NCBI GenBank assembly: GCA_944391075.1
Contig: CALXSG010000004.1
Coordinates: 10,445 to 74,444, forward strand
From: an uncultured Rickettsiales bacterium
GTDB taxonomy: Bacteria; Pseudomonadota; Alphaproteobacteria; Rickettsiales; UBA1997
DNA: 64,000 nt
Direction: 5' to 3'
Each line of letters starts with the position of its first letter. Within the stretch, counting starts at the first letter, position 1. Made by a program: the position numbers and the translations under genes. The notes below the pieces were generated by a model that was not told where the DNA came from, made no database searches, and worked only from the letters and a program-made list of their open reading frames with translations. Shown here piece by piece: positions 28,101 to 36,203 of the stretch.

Positions 28101-28158
28101 TATTACTATATAAAGTTAAACAAATAATAAAAATAATTTTATAAATATTTTTTATCAT
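25129..28158 (-). CDS. Large VirB6/TrbL-like T4SS inner-membrane protein, paralogue 1 (~1009 aa)
   Basis: Start moved to ATG 28158 (MIKNIYKIIFIICLTLYSNISDTFA signal peptide), which overlaps the virB4 stop as ATGA. Cys-rich N-domain, then 6 or more TM helices (IWPFGLGLFIGFISMFLGITLFIFALKIVYIYVASMIAITILLFLSPIIIPTLLFKKFNGIFQKWFKNLLGYAIQPFVMVAF), typical of the TrbL/VirB6 layout. Confidence 0.7.
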   Translation of the reverse strand: MIKNIYKIIFIICLTLYSNISDTFADLNLSRPLEQVYEVTEDGSDGLKFSSSFKIIGYNWVSGEPIIFEKDNSKWEMDNGYCWWNQSFGGFDFKDKFSISQSVLLNFKICGANWLTYGNEQAINDYNKAGGCEAGNCSAFANIKKYYPTRGAFNGSYKFEVNKCVRNINDCDGVVALERCQKGNNDNTCQPVDGGNYFTQNDRVFRENMYDGEEIINYACIDPRPEAKNYDIFRGEEQAYQTYYMRGYDYGNYLCERYLEKRSKTGDAFDIAYQCCLKAQQSVCIYKNEKNNLATFCSIYDNECKVDDIKFKVFKNFTVDSEVENTNRYCIKTYNLCPDNVNVEGGSDYATSVFERIPNEDSMKACQDSGDYANCEIQYDKDDCNDNGVVYPLCEGKNKNFFQYNRHCTQVSNNNIEFIYANTYSPYLDKACLNLVGNSHNTTGYASYSAYNRAVDLYPKTIFAPAVECVVETMKNLLLNKAGHTRCKVISETPNHMNECESGEIFKAGQEFDTNIVSSDGVDSYKHPLQDIIRYTKNITYMFIAFAISLYGYNVLIKGGALGSRYDIVMLIVKISFIVALTVNTSWYNLIFKFTYALNDLLFSTVSKIGFETLVDEHGNLVRDDGCYFGDITSLRFTDDSPEIIEAIAKYDNNYDDYPSDRRYVSFFDALDCKIAKYFGYSAFDNGTGWGIVKLYVLSIIWPFGLGLFIGFISMFLGITLFIFALKIVYIYVASMIAITILLFLSPIIIPTLLFKKFNGIFQKWFKNLLGYAIQPFVMVAFVSISIMIIDNFMLGSGLFTGSGPNKELVCGFACYDQDTGDLVAYTSKRNAFVSYYLNTEINDLEKQGISQEQKELEMQKIWINVLDKLKGNADLKNCKSGDKIIDIKRNSPLCLMSNISTDLVFGIIFRITDVVINDVITLLSILILVVVLDNMLNRVPRIASTLTGSAAIPGLGADVNPMVVAGKAVQTVLFVKRLTVGAVKKIVNKSSTSKLREKVAAQKEQDKG

Positions 28159-30548
28159 AACTTCCTCACTCTTTTGTAAAATATTGGCAACCAATCTTCT
28201 GGTTTATCACTTTTTATTTCTTCAATAATTTGATCAAGTAATAAAACAGTTTCAGCTCTTCCAGATAATACATTTATTACATCTGTCATACCTGATAAAT
28301 CAATTTTTGCAACAACACCACTATTATCTTGTTTAATTAAAAAATATCTACTACCGGGATCAATACTCTTTATAAGTTGAAATTCTCTTGCTGATAGCAT
28401 AAATACACTTCTATAAGCTTCTGTAGCTCTTAAATTAGGTAAATAAATTTGAGTAGCCGTTTGTTGAACAAGTGTATCAGAAATAGCACTTTTTGTGGCA
28501 TCTTCAACCGATTGTGTAGCAAAGACAACAAACGCATTTAACTTTCTTAAAACTTTTAACCAATCCTTAATTCTAGGTGCAAAAACAGGATTATCAATTA
28601 ATGCCCAAGCCTCATCAAGAATAATCATTGTAGGTGTTCCATCTAAAGAAGCATTAATTCTTTGAAATAAATAAAGCAAAACAGGGTTAATACTAATTTT
28701 ATCTTTTAATAATTCGCCCATTTCAAAACCAAATATCTTAGATGAAAAGAAATCAATATTATCGGTTTCATTATCAAATAATTTTGCACGTGAACCATCA
28801 GAATGCCACATTTCTAACCTTCCCGCTAATGTATCAGGACCAGAAATACCTAAGAATGGTGCTATATTTCTTAAAATTCTTTTTTTGGGTGGTAATTTAT
28901 AATTACCATTAACAGCTTCTGTAATTCTAGCCATATCACTTGCTGTAACTTTTTCACCATTAACACTTACCATACTTCTAATCCAGTCTATTAGAAAATC
29001 TTTATTTTCATTGGTTTCTGGCAGTAATAATGGATTAAAGCCAGCTGATTTACTAGTTTCTATTGTTGTATATTTACCACCCATAGCTCTAATAAATATT
29101 TCCGCACCTCTATCCTTATCAAAAAAGAACATTCTGCAATTAAATTTTTGTGCCTGTGCACATAAAAAGTTCATTGTAACTGTTTTACCACTACCAGTAG
29201 GTCCAACAATCATTGTGTGTCCAACATCCCTAACATGAAAATTAAAGAAAAATGGTGTACCTGAAACCGTATTTAAAACAGTAACAGCAGGTCCCCAATG
29301 ATTTCTTCTAATTCTACCAGAAGGATAATTATGTAAAGAGGCAAAACTTGCTAGATTTAATGTATTTATTGTAGCTGCTCTTACAACATATTGGAAATTT
29401 CCAGGCAACTGTGCCCAAAATACAGCTTCCATATTCATTCTTTCTCTAACAGCATTTATACCCATATTAGAAAATTCTACAACAATCATTGATAAATCAT
29501 TCTCAATTGATTTTATGGTATCATCTATACACATAACCGTCATATGATGCTTTCCAAAAGCAAACTTACCACTCATAATTTCATCTAATGCTTGATCTAT
29601 TTCTTGAATTTGAGATACAGCAACATCTTCAGATTGAATCATTCTCCTTTGTTGTAATTGTATACTACTAATAGCAATTGTTCTATTAACAAATTTAAAT
29701 GATTGTGAAATAATAAATTCAAATGGCAATTGCAAAAAACCATCCATCATACCAGCATTTGTTGCATTTCTATATTCTTTTAAAGAAACCATACCACCAT
29801 ATTTAGTTTCAAATGGCATTTTTACTTCAAAATTTTTAGCGCCAAAATATATTCTATTGGTTGGCAAATAAGATGCAAAACCATATGGAATAAATCTATA
29901 ATTTTGTACATAACCGCAATTAACTATACTTCCTAAAAAATTACATATTTCTGAGAAAATACCATCACTGGTTTCCACAACATCAAGTAATTCAGCACCA
30001 TAATTTGATAGACCATTCAAAATTCTAGATGTCAATTCTTCTATTTCACTAAAATTTTCTCTCATATTTTTGATTCTAGCATTTTCATCAGCTTTATTTC
30101 GAAGTCTTCTGGCAAAAGTCGCAACTTTTGCTAAACCGGCTTTGTCATCCATTCTTATAATACTAACATACTCTTCATTAGCAAAACTTCTATCACCATC
30201 ATGCTTGCGCTTCCATTCTTCATTTACTTTTTTTGCAAAAATATTTGTCATCTCTCCTTCTGGAAAAGCCTCTTTTCTTCGTCTAATTGTATGAAAATAA
30301 AGCCCTAAATTACCAGAAGCCATACTTTTAAATAAATTATTTCTATGATTCTTCTTTATATCTATTTCTTCGTCATCAGCAGTTTCAAAAGAAAAACCTT
30401 TAATTCTTACAACTCTTAATAAGGCATTATCTTTCATTAAAATGGTATTAGAATTCCAAAAACATTTATATGGTATGTAAATGGAAGATGAAGTTTCCCA
30501 TTTGAAATATTTATTTTTAGGAGGTTGTATAATGCCTAATTTCATCAA
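28155..30548 (-). CDS. virB4: Type IV secretion ATPase VirB4
   Basis: 797 aa. Walker A GPTGSGKT, Walker B MIILDEAW. VirB4-type N-terminal region (IPYKCFWNSNTILMKDNALLRVVRIKGFSFETADDEE). Confidence 0.9.
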   Translation of the reverse strand: MMKLGIIQPPKNKYFKWETSSSIYIPYKCFWNSNTILMKDNALLRVVRIKGFSFETADDEEIDIKKNHRNNLFKSMASGNLGLYFHTIRRRKEAFPEGEMTNIFAKKVNEEWKRKHDGDRSFANEEYVSIIRMDDKAGLAKVATFARRLRNKADENARIKNMRENFSEIEELTSRILNGLSNYGAELLDVVETSDGIFSEICNFLGSIVNCGYVQNYRFIPYGFASYLPTNRIYFGAKNFEVKMPFETKYGGMVSLKEYRNATNAGMMDGFLQLPFEFIISQSFKFVNRTIAISSIQLQQRRMIQSEDVAVSQIQEIDQALDEIMSGKFAFGKHHMTVMCIDDTIKSIENDLSMIVVEFSNMGINAVRERMNMEAVFWAQLPGNFQYVVRAATINTLNLASFASLHNYPSGRIRRNHWGPAVTVLNTVSGTPFFFNFHVRDVGHTMIVGPTGSGKTVTMNFLCAQAQKFNCRMFFFDKDRGAEIFIRAMGGKYTTIETSKSAGFNPLLLPETNENKDFLIDWIRSMVSVNGEKVTASDMARITEAVNGNYKLPPKKRILRNIAPFLGISGPDTLAGRLEMWHSDGSRAKLFDNETDNIDFFSSKIFGFEMGELLKDKISINPVLLYLFQRINASLDGTPTMIILDEAWALIDNPVFAPRIKDWLKVLRKLNAFVVFATQSVEDATKSAISDTLVQQTATQIYLPNLRATEAYRSVFMLSAREFQLIKSIDPGSRYFLIKQDNSGVVAKIDLSGMTDVINVLSGRAETVLLLDQIIEEIKSDKPEDWLPIFYKRVRKL

Positions 30549-30561
30549 TTTGTCCCATTAA

Positions 30562-30861
30562 TTAATAAAGGTCATAAGAATTTGTTCCATTATAAAATGT
30601 CCTGTTTTTACATCTCATAAAATTGCTACTTTTCATAATAACAATCTCTAAAGCTAGTGGTTCTTTTAAACAAATTATATAAGCAATACCGTGTAAAAGT
30701 GGTAACATAACAATTAAATAAATAAATTTATTTGTCATCACAAATAGTAATAATGAACCTAGAATATTTAAAGAAGCAAACACATAGGACACACCAAGAA
30801 TCATACTTGATCTGGTCAAACCTAAGAACAATGAATCAACTTCTATTTTTCCATCAGCCAT
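30562..30861 (-). CDS. virB3: Type IV secretion protein VirB3
   Basis: 99 aa from ATG 30861 (MADGKIEVDSLFLGLTRSSMILGVSY), two TM segments, 13 nt upstream of virB4. The extra 31 hydrophobic codons in the ORF track (to 30954) are probably not translated. Confidence 0.75.
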   Translation of the reverse strand: MADGKIEVDSLFLGLTRSSMILGVSYVFASLNILGSLLLFVMTNKFIYLIVMLPLLHGIAYIICLKEPLALEIVIMKSSNFMRCKNRTFYNGTNSYDLY

Positions 30862-31025
30862 AAAAAATATAACGTTATATAATATATATATTAACAAGTA
30901 TAAAACTAAAATCAAGAAAAAAACAAAGATATTTTTGTTTTTTAAAAAAATCAAACTATATAAAAGTGTTGCAATATTAAAAAATAAAATTAAAATTATA
31001 GTAATTTGAATGAATAAGGAAAAAA

Positions 31026-32252
31026 ATGGATAAAGTAAATGTAGCTGTCTTTTTTGGTGGAAAATCTTTTGAACACGATGTTAGTATTTTAACTGGTTTA
31101 GAAGCATGCTACGCATTAGATACTGAAAAATATAATTTAATACCTGTTTATGTTGATTTAAATAATCATTTTTGGACAGGTGATGCATTACTTGATAAAA
31201 ATTTTTACCCTTTAAATAATTGGGGTAAAAAATTGGTTAACGAAGCAAAACTTATAATTGGAGAAGACAAACCAACCTTAGAGATTAAAAAACAAGGTAT
31301 GTTTGCAAAAACAACAGAATATATTACATTTGATGTAGCTTTATTAGCATTTCATGGTGAATATGGTGAAAATGGCCCAATGCAAGGTTTATTTGAAGTA
31401 GCTAATATTCCATATACAGGTTGCAGAACACTTTCTGCTGCTGTTTGTATGAATAAATCAATGGCAAAAACCATTGTTGCATCAGTTGGAGTTCCCGTTT
31501 TACCTGAAATATTAATCAAAAAACCAACAAATAATGACTTCTTTGATATTAATGAATTTACAAAAGAAATGCCATTTGATTTTCCTGTTATAGTTAAACC
31601 AGTAGCATTAGGAAGTAGCGTTGGTGTTAGTAAAGCAAATAATAAAGATGAATTAAATGTTTCTGTTCTTCAAGTCTTTACACTTGGTGAAGACGCTTTA
31701 ATTGAACCATTTGTTGAAAATTTAGAAGAATATAATATTTCTGTTACAAAAGCATTAGATGAAACTATCAAACATTCAATTATTGAACATCCATTAAAGA
31801 AAAATGCTGAATTTTTAGGTTTTGTTGAAAAATATTTATCTAACTCAGGCACAAAAGGTGGTGTTAAAAAAGCTGGAAGTAAATTAATGTCAAATAATGA
31901 AAAGCTTGGCATGATTTCTTTAACACGCGACTTTACAATCAAAGAATTAACCGATAAACAAAAAGAAGATATTACAAATTGGGCATTAAATGCTTTTGAA
32001 GCATTAGAATGCAATGGTATTGTAAGAATTGACTTTATGTATAATTCAAAGACAAAAGAATTCTATTTTACAGAAGCAAATACAATTCCTGGTTCTTTTG
32101 CTTATTACTTATGGGAAGCAAGCGAACCTAGCTATACATATACAGATTTAATGACAGCTTTAATTAATGAAGCACTTGAATTGCAAAAAACTAAAAAGGG
32201 AGATATAATCTTATCGTCATCTAAATCTAGTATATTTAAGGAGAAAGAATAA
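31026..32252 (+). CDS. ddl: D-alanine--D-alanine ligase (ATP-grasp), long form
   Basis: N-terminus VAVFFGGKSFEHDVSILTG and C-terminus RIDFMY...FTEANTIPGSFAYYLWEASE are typical of Ddl. At 408 aa it is longer than usual, with an insertion around LSNSGTKGGVKKAGSKLMSNNEKLG. Confidence 0.85.
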   Translation: MDKVNVAVFFGGKSFEHDVSILTGLEACYALDTEKYNLIPVYVDLNNHFWTGDALLDKNFYPLNNWGKKLVNEAKLIIGEDKPTLEIKKQGMFAKTTEYITFDVALLAFHGEYGENGPMQGLFEVANIPYTGCRTLSAAVCMNKSMAKTIVASVGVPVLPEILIKKPTNNDFFDINEFTKEMPFDFPVIVKPVALGSSVGVSKANNKDELNVSVLQVFTLGEDALIEPFVENLEEYNISVTKALDETIKHSIIEHPLKKNAEFLGFVEKYLSNSGTKGGVKKAGSKLMSNNEKLGMISLTRDFTIKELTDKQKEDITNWALNAFEALECNGIVRIDFMYNSKTKEFYFTEANTIPGSFAYYLWEASEPSYTYTDLMTALINEALELQKTKKGDIILSSSKSSIFKEKE

Positions 32253-32253
32253 T

Positions 32254-32988
32254 ATGTATTCAACAAAGCTTGAAGGAAAAGAAAATACTAAACTAAGAAT
32301 CATATGGCTACATGGTTGGGGTGCTGATCATAAAGCCATGATTCCTTTAGCTACATATTTTATAAATCAAGCTGAAAATTATCTTGTTGATTTGCCTGGT
32401 TTTGGACAAACAAAAGCTCCTGAAAAATCATGTGGTAGTGAATGGTATGCTGATCAGGTTGCTAGTTTTATTGAATCATTACCTAAAAAGAAAACCGTAA
32501 TTATTGGGCATTCTAATGGTGGTAGAATTACTATTTCCTTAGCAAGTAAATATAATAATCTTGTAGATGGTATTGTTTTAATTAATGGAGCTGGTATTCC
32601 ACCAAAAAGAAATATTTTCTTTAAATTTTATTCATGGAGTATCAAAACTTTTGGACCAACACTAAAAAAAATATTTCCATTTTTAAAAAAAATATCATTA
32701 AGTTCCACTGATTATAAAAATGCCAATGGAGTTATGAAAGAAGTTTTTTTAAATGTAATTAAAGAAGATCTTAGAGAAAAAGCAAAAAATATCACTGTAC
32801 CAACACTTTTAATTTACGGAGAAATTGATAGAGATACACCTGTATATATGGGTGAAGAATACAATGAAAGTATTAAAGGTTCTATATTAAAAATAATTCA
32901 AGATGCAGGACATTGGGGTCCTCTTATTGAATTTAGAACAAAAACTCATCACATTATTACAAACTTTATAAGGGAGAAACTATGTTAA
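32254..32988 (+). CDS. Alpha/beta-fold hydrolase
   Basis: 244 aa. Nucleophile elbow GHSNGG, C-terminal DAGHW. Starts 1 nt after the ddl stop and overlaps the next gene by 7 nt. Confidence 0.75.
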   Translation: MYSTKLEGKENTKLRIIWLHGWGADHKAMIPLATYFINQAENYLVDLPGFGQTKAPEKSCGSEWYADQVASFIESLPKKKTVIIGHSNGGRITISLASKYNNLVDGIVLINGAGIPPKRNIFFKFYSWSIKTFGPTLKKIFPFLKKISLSSTDYKNANGVMKEVFLNVIKEDLREKAKNITVPTLLIYGEIDRDTPVYMGEEYNESIKGSILKIIQDAGHWGPLIEFRTKTHHIITNFIREKLC

Positions 32989-34541
32989 GCTTAGATGTTT
33001 ATATTTTTGCTATTGCAAATTTTTTATTCTGTTATGTTAGATCAAAATTCTTAATGTTATTCTTTCAACAAGAAGAATATCGTAATACATGGTTTCTAAA
33101 ATATATTTTTAGACGTGCCGAATTGATTGATAAAAAATTAACATTTGGTTTATTATTAATATGGGTTTTATCTCTTGAATTTCCAATTTTAGTATGGTTA
33201 ATGCTACCATTATTCTTAGTATTTATGGTTAGTGAATACATTTTCTTAACAAAAGCAAAGAAAAAACTAAATATGACTTCAAGAGTTAAAAGAATATTAT
33301 TTATGAACTCATTATTAGTTGCCTTTACTATTGGCCTTTGTACAATAGAATATACTCAGTTAATGACAGCTATAATAATAGCTCAATTATTACCATTCTT
33401 ATTAATATTAAGTAATATCATTTTAAGTCCATTCGAAAATAGTATACAAAATAAGTTTAAAAATGAAGCAATTAAAAAAATTCAACAATTAAATCCAATA
33501 GTAATTGGTATTACAGGTTCATATGGCAAAACATCTACGAAATATATATTAGCACATATATTATCATCTAATTTGCCTACTTTATGGACTCCAGGCAGTG
33601 TTAATACAGAAATGGGAATTACAAGAATCATTAGAGAACAATTAAAACCAGAACATAAGTATTTTATTGTTGAAATGGGAGCTTATTTCAAAGGTTCAAT
33701 AGAAAAATTGTGTAAATTAACAAATCCACGACACGGTATTATTACATCAATAGGACAAGCACATTATGAACATTTTAAAACGCAAGAAACAATAGCTTCT
33801 GCTAAATTTGAATTGGGAGAATGGGTTAAGAAAAATAATGGTATTTTAGTTATAAATGCCGATCAAATTGAAGAAAGATTTATACCTATGAACATGCCAT
33901 TAGTAAAAGTTGGAACAAGTTATGATACTTATATATCAAATGTTAATCAATCTGTAGATGGTTTAAGCTTTAATTTCCATACAGATGGTGAAACATATGA
34001 TGTATTTACTCCAATCTATGGTGAACATCAAGCATCTAATATTGCTATTGCTATTGAAATGGCTTTAAAACTTGGTATGTCAATAAATACAATATTAGCT
34101 GCTTTAAAAACTCTTCCACAAATTAATCATAGATTACAGGTTTTACATAAAGACAACGATATTACAATGATTGATGATGCTTATAATTCAAATATTGATG
34201 GCTTTAAATCTGGTCTTAATTTATTACAAACATTAAGAAAGACAAGAAGAATTTTAGTAACACCTGGAATGGTTGAATTAGGAAAATTACATAATGACTT
34301 ACATTATGAAATTGGAAAATATGCAGGCGAAAGAGTTGATATAGCTGTTATAGTTAGACCTGATAGAATACCGACATTCATAAAAGGTTTTACAGAAACA
34401 GCATTACAACAAACACAATTAATTGAAGCTGATTCTTTCCACGATGTACAAGTATGGTTAGACAAAAATTTACAACCTGGTGATGTTGTATTACTAGAAA
34501 ATGATTTAACTGATATTTATGAAAGTAAAAAAAGCTTATAA
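32982..34541 (+). CDS. MurF-like Mur ligase with an N-terminal ~165-aa multi-TM domain in place of the usual N-domain
   Basis: 519 aa. About 5 hydrophobic helices (aa 5-150), then a Mur ligase P-loop GITGSYGKTSTK, then EMGAYFKGSIEKLCKLTNPRHGIITSIGQAHYEHF and DDAYNSNIDGF, collinear with the MurF central and C-terminal domains. Confidence 0.7.
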   Translation: MLSLDVYIFAIANFLFCYVRSKFLMLFFQQEEYRNTWFLKYIFRRAELIDKKLTFGLLLIWVLSLEFPILVWLMLPLFLVFMVSEYIFLTKAKKKLNMTSRVKRILFMNSLLVAFTIGLCTIEYTQLMTAIIIAQLLPFLLILSNIILSPFENSIQNKFKNEAIKKIQQLNPIVIGITGSYGKTSTKYILAHILSSNLPTLWTPGSVNTEMGITRIIREQLKPEHKYFIVEMGAYFKGSIEKLCKLTNPRHGIITSIGQAHYEHFKTQETIASAKFELGEWVKKNNGILVINADQIEERFIPMNMPLVKVGTSYDTYISNVNQSVDGLSFNFHTDGETYDVFTPIYGEHQASNIAIAIEMALKLGMSINTILAALKTLPQINHRLQVLHKDNDITMIDDAYNSNIDGFKSGLNLLQTLRKTRRILVTPGMVELGKLHNDLHYEIGKYAGERVDIAVIVRPDRIPTFIKGFTETALQQTQLIEADSFHDVQVWLDKNLQPGDVVLLENDLTDIYESKKSL

Positions 34542-34546
34542 TATTT

Positions 34547-34578
34547 AAATCACTAGTTTATCTAGTGATTTTTATTAT
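34547..34578 (+). terminator. Rho-independent terminator after the ddl-hydrolase-ligase operon
   Basis: aaatcactag (34547-34556) pairs with ctagtgattt (34562-34571), followed by ttattat. Confidence 0.7.
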
Positions 34579-34593
34579 CAAAAGAGATTGAAT

Positions 34594-35532
34594 ATGATAG
34601 ATATAGATTTAATACATAAATATTTTCCAAAGATAGAAATTAATGATACAAAATTAATTACAGAAGGTTGGGAAAGTGATATATTAGTTGTAAATAACGA
34701 ATATGTTTTTAGATTTCCAAAAGAAAATAATAGATTTGATTGCGTTTATGAAAAAGAAAAAATTATAACTGATAATATTAGAAAATTTATATCAACAGAA
34801 ATTTCAAATATTCAAATATATAAACACAAAGATACAATATTTACAGTTCTAAAATATATACCAGGTGAAAATCTATATCATACTACTGCCAATATAGTTG
34901 ATGACTTTTCTAATTTTTTGAAAGAAATTCACTCAGTGGATATTAAGGTTTTAAAAAAATATAAATTAGATGCTGATAATTTACCATTTTATAAATATAG
35001 ATTAAGTTTAAGTAATTTTTCATTTAATTATGATACTTTGCCCGATTTATTAAAAAAATATAATTTAGATGATGATTTTAATAATTGTGTAAATACATTC
35101 ACAGCATTTGATTACAGAGATGAAGATGATGTTTTATGCCATAATGATTTACATAAAGGAAATATTATAGTTAATAATGGAAAATTAAGTGGAATAATTG
35201 ATTTTGGTGATACTATTTATACAAACTACAATATTGAATTTATATCAATATTTAAATGGCAAGAAGAAATTATTATTGATATAAAACAAAAATATGAAGA
35301 AATTACTGAAAGAAAATTGAATATATCTTTCATAACATCTATTATTAAGATGGCTTTATATTCAAAAATTAGTTATACAGAAGGCGATATTACAAAATAC
35401 TTAAAAAGATTACAATTATTCACGGCAATAGAAGAACTATTTAAAGAAGAAAATTTATCTAACTTTGAACAAAATAGAAATAAATTAAAAGTTTTATTTA
35501 CTGATAAGATGGTTGCTAGAACTCATAAATAA
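34594..35532 (+). CDS. Aminoglycoside phosphotransferase (APH)/choline-kinase-family small-molecule kinase
   Basis: Brenner motif HNDLHKGNI and IDFGD. Start taken at ATG 34594 (the ORF track starts at a TTG two codons earlier). Confidence 0.75.
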   Translation: MIDIDLIHKYFPKIEINDTKLITEGWESDILVVNNEYVFRFPKENNRFDCVYEKEKIITDNIRKFISTEISNIQIYKHKDTIFTVLKYIPGENLYHTTANIVDDFSNFLKEIHSVDIKVLKKYKLDADNLPFYKYRLSLSNFSFNYDTLPDLLKKYNLDDDFNNCVNTFTAFDYRDEDDVLCHNDLHKGNIIVNNGKLSGIIDFGDTIYTNYNIEFISIFKWQEEIIIDIKQKYEEITERKLNISFITSIIKMALYSKISYTEGDITKYLKRLQLFTAIEELFKEENLSNFEQNRNKLKVLFTDKMVARTHK

Positions 35533-35537
35533 TATAA

Positions 35538-36203
35538 TTAAATATTTTGAAATTCTAAAAAGTAGCTTTCTCTGCCTTCTTTTATAGCTTTTTGTTGATA
35601 TCTTGTTATAACCCACCACTGTGGCTCTTTTTTACAGCTCTCTAAATCATTAAACATTGGTTTAAGTTTTGAATTTATATGTTCAATAGTCCACTCAACA
35701 TAATTCAATATATCACTAGCAAAAAATAATGTACCACCAATTTTAAGCTTTAACTTAACTAATTCTATAAATTCATCATTTATAATACGTCTTTTGTTTT
35801 GCTTCTTTTTAGGCCATGGATCAGGAAATAATATAAAAATTTTATCTATGGAGTGATTAGGCATATTTTCAAGTAATAATCTAGCATCACCATTATGTAA
35901 TTTAATATTTTCAATTTTCTCTGTTTGCATTTTGGATATTAAAGATAATACACCATTAACATAAGTTTCACAAGCTATAATAGTAGTTTGTGAGTTTAAT
36001 TTTGCTTGATGTACAGTATGTTCACCATAACCAAAACCAATTTCAAAAAATATATTATTGTTATTATCACATAAACTTTTAAGATATTCTTTATTATTTT
36101 CTACTCGATATAATGGCAAAATATTATCTAATGTATTAATTTTACTATCACTTAATTTGCGCCCTTTAATTCTACCAAAGCTCCTAATCTTTGTATTTTC
36201 CAT
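35538..36203 (-). CDS. trmB: tRNA (guanine46-N7)-methyltransferase
   Basis: FEIGFGYGEH and LFPDPWPKKK motifs. Confidence 0.88.
   Translation of the reverse strand: MENTKIRSFGRIKGRKLSDSKINTLDNILPLYRVENNKEYLKSLCDNNNNIFFEIGFGYGEHTVHQAKLNSQTTIIACETYVNGVLSLISKMQTEKIENIKLHNGDARLLLENMPNHSIDKIFILFPDPWPKKKQNKRRIINDEFIELVKLKLKIGGTLFFASDILNYVEWTIEHINSKLKPMFNDLESCKKEPQWWVITRYQQKAIKEGRESYFLEFQNI

Noticed and set aside
30862-30954. 31-codon hydrophobic N-terminal extension of virB3 in the ORF track (and similar upstream extensions of pflB, fur, rne, adhE, htrA, the tolC-like gene, the MBL hydrolase and the BI-1-like gene)
   Set aside because: Internal ATG codons give N-termini matching the family (signal peptides or conserved starts) and several have clear Shine-Dalgarno sequences (for example GGAG before 16517 and GGGAGAG before 49296). 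Several of the extended starts are TTG codons in promoter or terminator DNA.
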